From contig DASPXE010000227.1 of the NCBI GenBank assembly GCA_035637455.1, forward strand, positions 12,078-76,077: DNA of 64,000 nucleotides, read 5' to 3'. Made by a program: the position numbers and the translations under genes. Source of the DNA: Gemmatimonadales bacterium. GTDB lineage: Bacteria; Gemmatimonadota; Gemmatimonadetes; Gemmatimonadales; GWC2-71-9. Position 1 is the first letter of the stretch, and each line of letters begins with the position of its first letter. Positions 41,160 to 54,317 of the stretch are shown in pieces. The notes under the pieces are model-generated. The model was given only the letters and a program-made list of their open reading frames with translations. It made no database searches and had not been told where the DNA came from.

Positions 41160-42271
41160 CGATAGAACCCGCGGATCGCATCGATCACGTAATCGACCTG
41201 ATCGCGGGTGAGTTCCGGATATACCGGCAGCGACAGCACCTCTGTGGCCGCCCGCTCCGACTGCGGCAGTTGGCCACGCTGGTAGCCGAGGTGGCTGAAG
41301 CAGTTTTGCAGATGCAGCGGCACCGGGTAGTAGATCGCCGTGCCGATAGCCTTGCTCTTGAGGTACGCCTGCAGCTCGTCGCGGCGCTCCACCCGCACCG
41401 TGTACTGATGAAAGATGGGCTCGTTGCACGGGTCCACGACCGGGGGCTGCAGCGCGGGCAGGTCGGCCAGGCGCTCGCTGTAATAGGCCGCGATCTCGCG
41501 TCGCCGGGCGGACCAGGACGCGAGATGGGGCAGCTTCGCGAGCAGCACCGCCGCCTGCACGGTATCGAGCCGGGAGTTGGTACCCACCTCGTCGTGATGG
41601 TACTGCTTGGCGCCGCCGTGCAGTCGCAGTTTGCGCAGGCGCTCCGCGACCGCGGCGTCCGCCGTGACCATCATCCCGCCGTCGCCCCAGGCGCCGAGAT
41701 TCTTGCTCGGAAAGAAGGAAAAGCCGGTCACCCAACCCAACTCGCCGGCCATGCGCCACTGGCCGTCGATCTTGCGGCGTGCCCCGATCGCCTGAGCGGC
41801 GTCCTCGATGACCTTCACGTCGCGCGCCAGCGCCAGCGGCAGCAGCCGCTCCAGCGCGGCCATTTGCCCGTAGAGGTGCACCGGCACGATGGCCCGGGTG
41901 CGCGGGGTCAGCGCCGCGGCGACGGCCGCGGGATCGAGGTTGAAGGTGCCCGGCTCGACGTCCACGAAGACGGGCGTGCCGCCCGCGTTGTGGATCGCGC
42001 CGGCGGTCGCGAAGAATGTGAATGGGGTGGTGATCACCTCGTCCCCGGGCACGAGGCGCAGCGCCTTGAGCGGCAGCAGCAGCGCGTCGGTGCCGCTGGC
42101 GCACGCGATGGCGTGCGGCGCCCGGCAGAGCCGGGCCACGGCCGCCTCGAACTGCGCCACGGCAGGGCCCATGACGAACTGCTGCGACTCGATGACCGCC
42201 TGCAGGGCGGGCAGCACTTCGTCCCGGATGGCGCGGTACTGCGCCACGAGGTCCAGCAGCGGCACGTTCAC
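41156..42271 (-). CDS. wbpE: DegT/DnrJ/EryC1 family aminotransferase, WbpE-like
   Basis: 371 aa. Shows QFVMGPAVAQFE, SGTDALLL and the PLP-lysine region FSFFPSKNLGAWGDGG. Confidence 0.8.
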   Translation of the reverse strand: MNVPLLDLVAQYRAIRDEVLPALQAVIESQQFVMGPAVAQFEAAVARLCRAPHAIACASGTDALLLPLKALRLVPGDEVITTPFTFFATAGAIHNAGGTPVFVDVEPGTFNLDPAAVAAALTPRTRAIVPVHLYGQMAALERLLPLALARDVKVIEDAAQAIGARRKIDGQWRMAGELGWVTGFSFFPSKNLGAWGDGGMMVTADAAVAERLRKLRLHGGAKQYHHDEVGTNSRLDTVQAAVLLAKLPHLASWSARRREIAAYYSERLADLPALQPPVVDPCNEPIFHQYTVRVERRDELQAYLKSKAIGTAIYYPVPLHLQNCFSHLGYQRGQLPQSERAATEVLSLPVYPELTRDQVDYVIDAIRGFYR

Positions 42272-42301
42272 GTGGTCGGTATCCTTCGAAGGCGCAACAA
42301 C

Positions 42302-42892
42302 TTATCCGGGACGACGGGGCGGAGCAATCGGGCGCAGCGCGCCGTTCGACTCCGCGTACGTGGCGCCGCAGGCAGCGCACTCGCTCCGCCCGCCCGCCAC
42401 CGCGAGGCGCTCGCCACATTGGCACATCCACCCGACACGTCGGGCGGGAACGCCCAGCATCAGGCCGAAGGCCGGAACGTCGGCCGTGACGACGGCGCCC
42501 GCGCCGATGAAGGCGTACTCGCCCAGGGTCACGCCGCACACGATCGTCGCGTTGGCGCCGATCGAGCCGCCGCGCTTCACGACGGTCGGCCGGTACTCGT
42601 GCTTGCGGGAGAGTTGGGCGCGCGGGTTCAACACGTTGGTGAACACGCAGGACGGCCCGCAGAACACGTCGTCTTCGAGCACCACCCCCTCGTAGATCGA
42701 GACGTTGTTCTGGATCTTCACGTTGTTCCCGACGCGCGTCCCCGGCATCACCACGACGTTCTGGCCCAGGCTGCAACGCTCGCCGATCACGGCGCCGGGC
42801 ATGACGTGACAGAAGTGCCAGATCTTCGTGCCCGCGCCGACCCGCGCGCCCTCGTCGACGTAGCTCGACTCGTGGACGAAGTAATCAGGCAC
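42302..42892 (-). CDS. wbpD: hexapeptide-repeat N-acetyltransferase, WbpD-like
   Basis: Left-handed beta-helix repeats (IGERCSLGQNVVV, VGNNVKIQNNVSI) and a C-terminal Cys-rich tail (WMCQCGERL...CAACG) seen in this acetyltransferase family. The GTG is at 42892. Confidence 0.75.
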   Translation of the reverse strand: MPDYFVHESSYVDEGARVGAGTKIWHFCHVMPGAVIGERCSLGQNVVVMPGTRVGNNVKIQNNVSIYEGVVLEDDVFCGPSCVFTNVLNPRAQLSRKHEYRPTVVKRGGSIGANATIVCGVTLGEYAFIGAGAVVTADVPAFGLMLGVPARRVGWMCQCGERLAVAGGRSECAACGATYAESNGALRPIAPPRRPG

Positions 42893-43899
42893 TAGCCGAT
42901 GACCTTGACCTCGAGCTCCAGCTCGACGCCCAGCTTCTTGGCGACGGTCTTGCGCACGTGCTCGATCAGCTTGAGCACGTCGCTCGCCGTGGCGCTGCCG
43001 GTGTTGACGAAGTAGTTCGCATGCAGCGGCGACACCTGCGCGCCGCCGATGGTAAACCCCTTGAGGCCCGCTTCGTCGATCAAGGCCCCGGCGGTGCGCG
43101 GGCCCCCCGGGTTCTTGAACACCGAGCCGCAGCACGGTTGGTCGAACGGCGTCCCGGCCTTGCGCCAGCGGAGCAGCTTCCCCTGCAGCTCCTTCAGCTT
43201 GGCGGGCGGCTCCTCGATCAGCGCCAGCTTGGCCTCAAGCACGATCACAGGGCCGAGGTTCGACGCGCGGTACTTGTACGAGATCTGTTTGCGCTGGAGC
43301 TGTTTGATCTTGCCTTTCGCGTCCATCACGGTGACTTCCGTCACGACTTCGGCAAACTCCGCGCCGTGGCAGCCGGCATTCATGTAGACGCCCCCCCCCA
43401 CGGTGCCGGGGACTCCGATGAAGCGCTCCACGCCGGCGAACCCCGCCTCGGCGGTGCGACGCGCCAGCAGCGGCGTCGGGAGGCCCGCACCGACGATCGC
43501 CGTCGCGCCTTTCATCTCGAACCGGTCGAGCCCCTTGCCGAGGCGGATCACGACGCCCGGGAAGCCTGTGTCCTTGATCAGCAAGTTCGAGCCTAGGCCG
43601 AGGGCGAGCCACGGCAGTCCGCGACCCTGCGCCAGCTCGAGCGCCTTGACGACGTCATCGACGTCGGCGGGCATCACGAAGTAACGCGCCGGCCCGCCGA
43701 TCCGATACGTGGTGTAGCGCGCCAGCGGCTCGTTCTCGAGCACGCGGCCGCGGAACTTGACTTTGGGCGCGGGTGGCGCTGGCGCGGACTTCGCCGCCGC
43801 CTTGGCCTTGGCTACGCCTTCACGACCGGCGTGCGACTTCCCGTCGCGGGCTTTGCGGCCTCGTGCGGCTGCTTTTCGGTGCTCGTTCTTTCGTGCCAT
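42892..43899 (-). CDS. murB: UDP-N-acetylenolpyruvoylglucosamine reductase with a basic N-terminal extension
   Basis: Shows [17 protein letters not shown] and the C-terminal MurB core. The only in-frame start I found is ATG at 43899. It gives a ~45-aa Lys/Arg/Ala-rich leader and an 88-nt overlap with carB. Confidence 0.85.
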   Translation of the reverse strand: MARKNEHRKAAARGRKARDGKSHAGREGVAKAKAAAKSAPAPPAPKVKFRGRVLENEPLARYTTYRIGGPARYFVMPADVDDVVKALELAQGRGLPWLALGLGSNLLIKDTGFPGVVIRLGKGLDRFEMKGATAIVGAGLPTPLLARRTAEAGFAGVERFIGVPGTVGGGVYMNAGCHGAEFAEVVTEVTVMDAKGKIKQLQRKQISYKYRASNLGPVIVLEAKLALIEEPPAKLKELQGKLLRWRKAGTPFDQPCCGSVFKNPGGPRTAGALIDEAGLKGFTIGGAQVSPLHANYFVNTGSATASDVLKLIEHVRKTVAKKLGVELELEVKVIG

Positions 43900-46800
43900 T
43901 CTTGGAGACTCCTCACGCTGCCCGTACGGCTGCGCAGAGCGATGATCGCGTCGCAGGCGGCGCTCGCCGCCGACATCGTCGTCGTATAGGGCACGCGGTG
44001 CATCAGCGCCGCGCGCCGGATCGCGTAATCGTCCGCCTGCGTGAACTTGCCGAGGGGCGTGTTGATGAGCAGCTGGACTTCCCCGGACACGATCAAGTCG
44101 ATCGCGTTGGGGCGTCCCTCGTGTACCTTGGCTACCCGCTCGGCCGGCACCCCGCGCGCCCGCAGGTACTGCTCCGTCCCTGCCGTGGCCACGATCCGGA
44201 ATCCCAGCTCGTGGAAACGGCGGGCGATCGGGACCACGGTCGGCTTGTCCGAGTCGTTCACCGTCACGAAGATCGCTCCCGCGAGCGGTAGACTGCCGTC
44301 CGCGGCGATCTGCGCCTTGGCGAACGCCATCCCGAAGCTGTCCGCGAACCCCATTACCTCCCCGGTCGACCGCATCTCCGGGCCCAGGATGGTATCGACC
44401 CCGGGGAGTTTCGTGAAGGGGAAGACCGCCTCCTTCACCGCCACCCCGGGGAGCGGAAGGTCATCGGGAAGCCCCAGTTCGTCCAGGGTCCGCCCGACGG
44501 TGACCGCGGCAGCGAGCCGGGCCAGCGACACCCCGGTCGCTTTGCTCACGAACGGAACCGTGCGGGAGGCCCGCGGGTTCACCTCGAGCACGTACACCAC
44601 CCCATCCTTGATGGCGTACTGGACGTTGATCAGCCCGACGACCCCGAGCGCCTCCGCGAACGCCTTGGTGTAGCGGCGCATCTCCGCGACCTGGCGGTCG
44701 CCGATCAGATACGGGGGCATGACGCACGCCGAGTCTCCCGAGTGTACGCCGGCGTCCTCGATGTGCTGCATCACCCCCGCGATGACCGTCCGGCGGCCGT
44801 CGGCGATCGCGTCCACGTCGCCCTCGAAGGCGTCCTCGAGGAAGCGGTCGATCAGGACCGGATGCTCGGGCGCGACGCGGGCGGCTTTCTCGAAGTAATC
44901 GCGCAGGGACCCGTCGTCGTACACAATCTCCATGGCCCGACCGCCGAGCACGTAGGAGGGCCGGACCAGCACGGGATACCCGATACGCTGGGCCACCTTT
45001 ACCGCGTCGGCGACCGAGCGCGCCGTGCCGTTGGCCGGCTGCGTCACGCCCAGGCGCCGAGCCAGCGCCTCGAACCGCTCGCGGTCCTCGGCGACGTCGA
45101 TCGAATCGGGCGGCGTGCCGAGGATCGGGACGCCCGCCGCCTCGAGCGGCTTGGTCAACCGGAGCGGCGTCTGCCCGCCGAACTGGACCACCACTCCCTT
45201 GGGCCGCTCCCAGCGGACGATCTCGATCACATCCTCGAAGGTGAGCGGCTCGAAGTACAGCTTGTCCGAGATGTCGAAGTCGGTCGACACCGTCTCGGGG
45301 TTGGAGTTGATCATTATGGTCCGATAGCCCAGCTCGCGGAAGGCGAGCCCCGCGCGGACGCAACAGTAGTCGAACTCCACCCCCTGCCCGATGCGGTTCG
45401 GACCGCTCCCGAGGATCACGATCCCCCGCTCCCCGAAGGGCTCGGACTCGTTCTCGGCGTCGTACGAGCTGTAAAGGTACGGCGTCGAGGAGGGGAACTC
45501 GCCAGCGCACGTGTCCACCGTCTTGTAGGCGGGGTGGATGCCCAGCTCCCAGCGCCGCGCGCGCAGCGCGTCCTCGGAGCTGCCGCGCAGGTCGCCGAGC
45601 TGTCGGTCGCTGAACCCCAGCCGCTTCATGCGCCGCAGCTCCGCCGCGCCGACGGACTCGAGCCGCGCGAACCAGCGCTCGGCCCCGATCAGCTCCTCCA
45701 TCTGATAGAGGAACCACGCGTCGATGCCCGTCGCTTCGGCCACCGCGTCGACGGGCAGCCCAGCGAGCAGCGCCCGCTTGATCTGAAAGACGCGCTCCGG
45801 GGTCGGAGTGCGGAGCGCCACGCGGACGTCCGCGAGGCCGTCGCTCGTCAACCGGTCGTCGGCGAGGGTGGGCCCGATGGCCCATCCAGGCCGCCCGGCC
45901 TCGAGCGCGCGCAGCCCCTTCTGGAACGCTTCCTTGAAGGTCCGCCCGATCGCCATCGCCTCACCGACTGACTTCATCTGCGTCGTGAGGCGGTAGTCCG
46001 CGGTGGGGAACTTTTCGAACGCGAACCGCGGTACCTTGACCACGACGTAGTCGAGCACCGGCTCGAACGACGCCGGCGTCGTCCGGGTGATGTCGTTGGG
46101 AAGCTCGTCCAGGGTGTAGCCCACGGCGAGCTTGGTTCCGATGCGCGCGATGGGAAATCCGGTCGCTTTGGACGCCAGCGCGGAGCTGCGCGATACCCGC
46201 GGGTTCATCTCGATCACCAGCATTTCGCCGTCGGCGGGATTCACGGCGAACTGGATATTGCAGCCGCCCGCCTCGACCCCGATCTCGCGAATGATAGCGA
46301 TCGCCGAGTCCCGCATCCGCTGGTACTCACGGTCGGTCAGGGTCATCGCGGGCGCGACGGTGATGGAGTCGCCAGTGTGAACCCCCATCGGGTCGACGTT
46401 CTCGATCGAGCAGACGATCACGACGTTGTCTCGGGCGTCGCGCATCACTTCGAGCTCGAACTCCTTCCACCCGAGCACGCTGCGTTCGATGAGCGTGGTG
46501 TGCACCGGCGAGAGCTCGAGCGCGCGCGCGACCAGCTCCTCGAATTCGGCGCGGTTGTATGCGACACCGCCACCGGTCCCGCCGAGCGTGAACGACGGGC
46601 GCAGGATCGCCGGATACCCGGTCTCGGCCACGATCACCAGCGCTTCCGCCACCGTCGCGGCCGTGCGCCCCACGGGCGTAGCCAGGCCGATGCGGTGCAT
46701 CGCCGTCGCGAACTCTGCGCGGTCCTCGGCCATCTGGATCGCGCGGGCGTTCGCCCCGATCAGCTCTACCCCGTGGCGCTCGAGCGTGCCGTCCCGCACG

Positions 46801-47088
46801 AGCGCCATCGCCACGTTCAACGCCGTTTGGCCCCCCATCGTGGGCAGCAGGGCGTCGGGGCGCTCGCGCTCGATCACTTTGCGCACCCAGTCCGGTGTGA
46901 CAGGCTCGATGTAGGTCCGGTCCGCGAGCTCGGGGTCGGTCATGATCGTGGCCGGGTTCGAGTTCACGAGCACGACCGTGTAGCCTTCTTCCTTGAGGGC
47001 CTTCACGGCCTGCGTGCCCGAATAGTCGAACTCAGCGGCCTGCCCGATCACGATCGGGCCCGACCCGAGCAGCAGGATGCGGCGCAGG

Positions 47089-47105
<17 letters not shown>
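43812..47105 (-). CDS. carB: carbamoyl-phosphate synthase large subunit
   Basis: 1097 aa. Begins [24 protein letters not shown], with duplicated ATP-grasp halves and an MGS-like C-terminus. Confidence 0.97.
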
Positions 47106-49300
<2,195 letters not shown>

Positions 49301-49306
49301 CGAAAA

Positions 49307-49325
49307 GGGGGACCCAGGGTCCCCC
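49307..49325. terminator. GC hairpin between convergent rpmB and rplQ
   Basis: The hairpin is gggggac-ccagg-gtccccc. On the minus strand it is followed by TTTTCG, giving an intrinsic-terminator shape for the rplQ operon. On the plus strand there is no T tract. Confidence 0.55.
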
Positions 49326-49355
49326 TCGCGCCGGCGCCATCTCCCCGCCGTTCCG

Positions 49356-49712
49356 TCACTCACCCAGCAGTTCGATCCGAGCCACTTCGGCGCCGTCGCC
49401 CGAGCGATGGCCCAGCTTGATGATCCTGGTGTAACCGCCGGGACGCGCAGCGAAGCGCGGCCCCAGGTCCTTGAAGAGCCGGTGGGTCACCGCCCGGTCC
49501 TTGATGCGTCGCTCCACCTGGCGGCGGGCGTGCAGATCCCCGCGCCGCGCGAGCGTGATGAGGCGCTCGGCGTAGGGCCGCAGCTCTTTGGCCTTCGCTT
49601 CCGTCGTGACGATGCGGTCGTGGCGGAACAGGCTGGTGGCGAGATTCGCGAGCAGCGCCTTCTTGTGACTCGCCGTGCGCGACAGCTGCCGGCCCTTGGC
49701 GCGGTGCCGCAT
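49356..49712 (-). CDS. rplQ: 50S ribosomal protein L17
   Basis: 118 aa reading [37 protein letters not shown]. Confidence 0.95.
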   Translation of the reverse strand: MRHRAKGRQLSRTASHKKALLANLATSLFRHDRIVTTEAKAKELRPYAERLITLARRGDLHARRQVERRIKDRAVTHRLFKDLGPRFAARPGGYTRIIKLGHRSGDGAEVARIELLGE

Positions 49713-50767
49713 TACTCGCCCTCTCCCTCGGTGACCTGGGCTTGCGGCGGCACGCCCTGCTCCAGGACGCGCAGCTCACCTTCAGCCTCCTCGACCTTCA
49801 TCGCGAAGTTCAGCCCTTCGCGACGCAGCAGCTCGGCGATCTCCCCCAGCGCCTTCTCGCCGACGTTCTTCACCTTCAGCAAGTCCTCCTCGCGGTACTG
49901 GACCAGGTCGCCGAGCGTGCGGATGTTCGAGTTCTTGAGCGAGTTCACCGACCGCACGGACAAGCCGACGTCGTCGATGCTGCGGCTCAGCACCTCGCGC
50001 AGCCGGCCCGCGGCAGCGCCGCCGTTCCCCGCGGGCGGCGCCGCCACCATCGGCACCTTGCCGAAGTCGACGAAGAAGCGGAAGTGCTCCTGCGCGAGCG
50101 CGGCGGCGTACGCCACCGCGTCCTCCGGCGTGATCGTCCCGTTCGTCTCGACCGTGAGCGTGAGCCGGTCATAGTCGGTACGTTGCCCGACGCGCGTCTC
50201 CGCAACGGTGAAGTTCGCCCGCCGCACCGGATTGTAGATCGAGTCGATGCGGACGACGTCCACGGGCATAGTGCGGTCGAGCGGATGCTGCTCGGCCTCC
50301 ACATAGCCGCGGCCCTTGTTGACGTACAGCTCGCCCCCGATCTCCCGGTCCTCCTGCAGCGTGAACAGCAGCTGGTCCGGGTTCACGATCGTGACGGCGC
50401 TGTGCGCCTCGATGTCACGGGCGTAGACGGGACCCGACTTGCCATGCTTGATGTGGAGTACCGCCTCGTCGACGTCGGGCGCGACGACGAGGGTCAGTTG
50501 CTTCAGCCGCTGGATGATCTGGTGCACGTCTTCGACGACGCCCGGAATAGTCTGGTGCTCGTGCACCACACCGTCCAGGCGGAACGCCCACACCGCCGCG
50601 CCGCGCAGCGAGGAGAGCAGCATCCGTCGCAGCGAGTTGCCGAGGGTGTAGCCGTAGCCCCGCTCGAGCGGCTGCAGGCGGAACTCGGCGGCGTTCTGGT
50701 TGTCCTCCCGCTTGGTCATCTCGACCAGATGGGGCCGGACGAGGCCGGTCAAATCCAGAGTCGTCAT
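49712..50767 (-). CDS. rpoA: DNA-directed RNA polymerase alpha subunit
   Basis: [26 protein letters not shown], with the C-terminal domain [19 protein letters not shown]. The ATG is at 50767. Confidence 0.95.
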   Translation of the reverse strand: MTTLDLTGLVRPHLVEMTKREDNQNAAEFRLQPLERGYGYTLGNSLRRMLLSSLRGAAVWAFRLDGVVHEHQTIPGVVEDVHQIIQRLKQLTLVVAPDVDEAVLHIKHGKSGPVYARDIEAHSAVTIVNPDQLLFTLQEDREIGGELYVNKGRGYVEAEQHPLDRTMPVDVVRIDSIYNPVRRANFTVAETRVGQRTDYDRLTLTVETNGTITPEDAVAYAAALAQEHFRFFVDFGKVPMVAAPPAGNGGAAAGRLREVLSRSIDDVGLSVRSVNSLKNSNIRTLGDLVQYREEDLLKVKNVGEKALGEIAELLRREGLNFAMKVEEAEGELRVLEQGVPPQAQVTEGEGE

Positions 50768-51402
50768 CACTTGGAATAGAGCTCGACGATTAGCTGTTCT
50801 TGCGCGGCGATCGGGATGGCGTCGCGGGTGGGCCGCTCCGTCATCTTGCCGAGCGCCTTGTCGGGATCGACGTGAATCCACGTCACGGGCTGCGAGCGGC
50901 CGAACTGCTCGAGCGCGTGTTTCACTTGTACCATCTCGCGGCTCGCGTCGGCCACCTTCACCTCATCTCCGGGGCGTACCCGGTACGAGGGGATGTCGAC
51001 GGTCCGGGCGTTCACCTGGATGTGCCGGTGCCGCACGAGCTGGCGCGCCTGTCGGCGCGAGACCGCGAAGCCCATCCGGTACACGAGGTTGTCCAGGCGG
51101 CTCTCCAGCGCCACCAGCAGGGCCTCGCCCGTCACGCCCGGCTCCTTGAGCACGCGATCGAAGATGTTGCGGAACTGGCGCTCCGATAGCCCGTAGATCC
51201 GTTTGACCTTCTGCTTCTCGCGCAGCTGGCGGGCGTACTCTGATGCCTTGCGCCGGCGCCCCGAGGACTGGCCGTGCTGGCCAGGGGCGTAGGCGCGCCG
51301 CTCCACGGCGCATTTCTCCGTGAGGCAACGCGTCCCCTTGAGGAAGAGCTTCGTCCCCTCGCGGCGGCACAGCTTACAGGCGGGGCCGGTGTAGCGTGCC
51401 AT
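50767..51402 (-). CDS. rpsD: 30S ribosomal protein S4
   Basis: 211 aa reading MARYTGPACKLCRREG...YGLSERQFRN. Confidence 0.95.
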   Translation of the reverse strand: MARYTGPACKLCRREGTKLFLKGTRCLTEKCAVERRAYAPGQHGQSSGRRRKASEYARQLREKQKVKRIYGLSERQFRNIFDRVLKEPGVTGEALLVALESRLDNLVYRMGFAVSRRQARQLVRHRHIQVNARTVDIPSYRVRPGDEVKVADASREMVQVKHALEQFGRSQPVTWIHVDPDKALGKMTERPTRDAIPIAAQEQLIVELYSK

Positions 51403-51405
51403 CGG

Positions 51406-51804
51406 TCAGACGCGCCGTTTCTTGGGCGGCCGGCAGCCGTTGTGCGGAATCGGCGTGACGTCGCGAATCGACCGGATCTGCAGGCCGGCGGTCGCGAGCG
51501 CCTGGATCGCCGACTCGCGGCCCGAGCCCGGCCCCTGGACCCGGACGTGCACACGGCGCACGCCCAGGTTGAGCGCCTCGCGCGCCGCCTGCTCCGCAGC
51601 CACGGTGGCCGCGAACGGCGTGGACTTCTTGGAGCCCTGGAACCCGGCCTTGCCTGACGAGCCCCACGTGATGGCGTTTCCCTGCATGTCGGTGATCGTG
51701 ATCAGCGTGTTGTTGAACGTCGCCGTGATGTGGGCGATGCCCTCGGCCTCCACGACCTTCTTGGCGCGCTTCGCGCTTCCCGCCGCCGGCTTCGCTTGTG
51801 CCAT
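51406..51804 (-). CDS. rpsK: 30S ribosomal protein S11
   Basis: 132 aa reading [18 protein letters not shown]...[13 protein letters not shown]. Confidence 0.95.
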   Translation of the reverse strand: MAQAKPAAGSAKRAKKVVEAEGIAHITATFNNTLITITDMQGNAITWGSSGKAGFQGSKKSTPFAATVAAEQAAREALNLGVRRVHVRVQGPGSGRESAIQALATAGLQIRSIRDVTPIPHNGCRPPKKRRV

Positions 51805-52188
51805 TTATTTTTTGAGCACGGGCTTTTTCTTGCCCGCGATTGCGCGCCGCGGCCCCTTCTTGGTGCGCGCGTTGGTGTGCGTGCGCTGGCCGCGCACCGG
51901 CAGTCCCTTGCGGTGCCGCGTCCCGCGATACGTCCCGATGTCCATCAATCGCTTGATGTTCATCGCCACTTCGGTCCGCAGCGCGCCCTCGACCTTGTAG
52001 TCCCGCTCGATCACCTGGCGCAGGCGCGCCACCTCGGCGTCGCGCAGGTCGCGCACCCGCGCGTCAGGACTGACCCCCGTCTCGGCGAGAATCTTCTTCG
52101 CGTTCGAGGGGCCGATGCCGAAGATGTACGGAAGGGCATACTGGATTTTCTTGTCGCGCGGCAGATCCACGCCCGCTATACGTGCCAT
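51805..52188 (-). CDS. rpsM: 30S ribosomal protein S13
   Basis: 127 aa reading [26 protein letters not shown]. Confidence 0.95.
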   Translation of the reverse strand: MARIAGVDLPRDKKIQYALPYIFGIGPSNAKKILAETGVSPDARVRDLRDAEVARLRQVIERDYKVEGALRTEVAMNIKRLMDIGTYRGTRHRKGLPVRGQRTHTNARTKKGPRRAIAGKKKPVLKK

Positions 52189-52191
52189 TCC

Positions 52192-52308
52192 CTACCCCTG
52201 CCGCTGCTTGTGCTTGGGGCTGCGCTTGCAGATGACGCGGATGACGCCTCGCCGCTTGATCACCTTGCAGTGCTCGCAGATCGGTCGGACGCTAGTGCGA
52301 ACCTTCAA
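52192..52308 (-). CDS. rpmJ: 50S ribosomal protein L36
   Basis: (M)[37 protein letters not shown]. It starts at TTG 52306-52308, 9 nt after GGAG. The longer track ORF is rejected. Confidence 0.85.
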   Translation of the reverse strand: MKVRTSVRPICEHCKVIKRRGVIRVICKRSPKHKQRQG

Positions 52309-52347
52309 CGGGGTCGGCTCCGGGAGAAAAATCCAATTGAATCTCGA

Positions 52348-52376
52348 ACTATAGACGACCTCGTAAGTTCCCGCAA
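52348..52376 (-). promoter_or_regulatory. candidate promoter of the rpmJ-rplQ operon
   Basis: The minus strand reads TTGCGG, a 17-nt spacer, then TATAGT. It lies in an AT-richer spacer about 40 nt upstream of rpmJ. It matches only part of the consensus. Confidence 0.3.
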
Positions 52377-52385
52377 GGGGCCTAA

Positions 52386-52814
52386 TTACGGTGCGCTCCG
52401 CAACTCCGACAGCCGCCACGACGCCCCCACCTGCCGGAACCCCAAGAAGAGCGTTTCCTGCCGCTCATCGGACGTCCCCGCCACGACGTAGCATCGCTCC
52501 AGCTCGGCGTACCCTTTCCCCGACCCCGACTCGTGCACGCCGCGCAGAGTCAACGATCGCTCCACCGCCGTGCGCCAGTGTCGGCGCAGCAGCTCTGCGG
52601 CCTGGGCACGATCGAGTGGCGACGACGGATCGGCGCCCGGGATCTGCAGCACGATGCTAGCACTTTGTCCGACAAGGGCTTGAGGATCGTGGGCGAGCCA
52701 CGCGCCACGCGCGTGCTCGGCCGCAGCCGCGAGCGACGCCTGCGCGGCGAGCCGACCACCGCACGTGAGGGCCGGGCTCAGGACCAACGCGACCCCGGCG
52801 AGCCAGCGCTTCAT
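52386..52814 (-). CDS. small secreted hypothetical protein (possibly DUF4783-like)
   Basis: 142 aa. [16 protein letters not shown] is a signal-like N-terminus. The start forms an ATGA overlap with pyrF. The family assignment is from memory only. Confidence 0.5.
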   Translation of the reverse strand: MKRWLAGVALVLSPALTCGGRLAAQASLAAAAEHARGAWLAHDPQALVGQSASIVLQIPGADPSSPLDRAQAAELLRRHWRTAVERSLTLRGVHESGSGKGYAELERCYVVAGTSDERQETLFLGFRQVGASWRLSELRSAP

Positions 52815-53485
52815 ACGCTCTCCATGAACCGCTGGTACACCCCGGCCGGGTCCTTGGCCATGGTGATCGGCCGGCCGACCACGAGGTGGGTCGCACCACA
52901 GCGCACGGCGTCGTCCGGTGCGACGGTCCGAGCCTGGTCGCCGGGCGCGTCCCCGGGCGTGCGCACGCCGGGCACCACGATCCAGGGATCGGGCCCGAGC
53001 GCCGCGCGCAGCAGGGCCAACTCGCGCCCCGAGGCCACGACCCCGCGCAGACCCGCTTGCAGCGCCAGCCGGGCGAGGCGCTCCGCTTCCAAGCCCAAGT
53101 CGGGGACGCCGCGGCCCACGACCTGCTCGAAGCCCGCCGCGTCGTGCGACGTGAGGACCGTGACGCCCACGAGCGCCAGCTCGTCCGCGGCCTGCGCAGC
53201 GGCGGCGAGCATGGCAGCTCCGCCGAGACAGTGCACTGTCGCCATCGCCACGCCCAGATCGCGCGCCGCGGTCACGGCACCTGCCACCACGCTCGGGATG
53301 TCGTGCCACTTGAGGTCCAAGAAGACGTGCATGCCGCGCGCCTGGAACTCCCGCACCAGCGCCGGTCCTTCACGGACGTAGAGCAGCGACCCGAGCTTCG
53401 CCCACTTCAGGGCGGGAAGCCGTCCCGCGAGTGCGAGTGCGTCGCGACCGCTCGGCAGGTCGAAGGCGACCACGAGCTCAGCCAC
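52811..53485 (-). CDS. pyrF: orotidine 5'-phosphate decarboxylase
   Basis: LVVAFDL...VFLDLKWHDIPSVV...HLVVGRPI. The GTG start is at 53485. Confidence 0.85.
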   Translation of the reverse strand: MAELVVAFDLPSGRDALALAGRLPALKWAKLGSLLYVREGPALVREFQARGMHVFLDLKWHDIPSVVAGAVTAARDLGVAMATVHCLGGAAMLAAAAQAADELALVGVTVLTSHDAAGFEQVVGRGVPDLGLEAERLARLALQAGLRGVVASGRELALLRAALGPDPWIVVPGVRTPGDAPGDQARTVAPDDAVRCGATHLVVGRPITMAKDPAGVYQRFMESV

Positions 53486-54317
53486 GGGCAAGCTCCCGCG
53501 CCACGCGCTCGGGCACACGCGGGTCGGCCAGAGCCGCGGTGCCGATGGCAAGCAGCGATGCCCCTGCGGACAGATACTGGCGGGCGTCGTGCGCGCTCCC
53601 GATGCCGCCCACCCCGATCACGGGCAACCCGAGCTGGCTGGCGACCTTGTGCGTCGCGAGCACGCCGATCGGCAGTAACGCGGGCCCGCTCACACCGCCC
53701 GAGCCGTTGGCCAGCCGGCCATCGAGCCGGCCGGGAATGGTGTTCACGAGCGTCACGGCGTCGGCGCCCTCGTCCTGCGCGATGCGCGCCATCGCCACGA
53801 TGTCGGGCAGCACCGGCGAGAGCTTGACCGAAATCGGCTTGGTCGCGGCGGCGCGGCAGCGGCGCACCAGCTCCCGCAGCCCTTCAGGCGTCGCTCCGAA
53901 CTCGAGGCCGCCCGAGGTGGTGTTGGGGCAGGACGCATTGATTTCGAACGCGGTGATCACCGCTTGGCCGGTGAGCCCTGCAATCACTTCGACGTAGTCC
54001 GTCACCGTCGCGCCGGCCACGTTTACCAGCACGCGGGCGCGCTTGAGCCGGGCCGCGAGCCACGGCAGCTCGTGCTCGCGCACGGTCGCGAGCCCCGGGT
54101 TCGCGAGGCCCACCGCGTTCAGCATGCCGCCGGCGAACTCCGCCACGCGCGGCGCGGCGTGGCCCTGCCGCGGCTTCGGAGTCACGGCCTTGGTGATGAT
54201 ACCTCCCAAGGCGTCGAGGTCGATGACACCCTGTACCTCCCGGCCGAAGCCGGCGGTACCGGAGGCGAGCAGGACGGGGTTTGGGAAGTCGACGCCGAAG
54301 ACCCGAACCGCCGTCAC
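53478..54317 (-). CDS. pyrD: dihydroorotate dehydrogenase (class 1-like)
   Basis: 279 aa reading FGVDFPNPVLLASGTAGFG...NASCPN...LVNTI...IGVGGI. Confidence 0.85.
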   Translation of the reverse strand: MTAVRVFGVDFPNPVLLASGTAGFGREVQGVIDLDALGGIITKAVTPKPRQGHAAPRVAEFAGGMLNAVGLANPGLATVREHELPWLAARLKRARVLVNVAGATVTDYVEVIAGLTGQAVITAFEINASCPNTTSGGLEFGATPEGLRELVRRCRAAATKPISVKLSPVLPDIVAMARIAQDEGADAVTLVNTIPGRLDGRLANGSGGVSGPALLPIGVLATHKVASQLGLPVIGVGGIGSAHDARQYLSAGASLLAIGTAALADPRVPERVARELARG

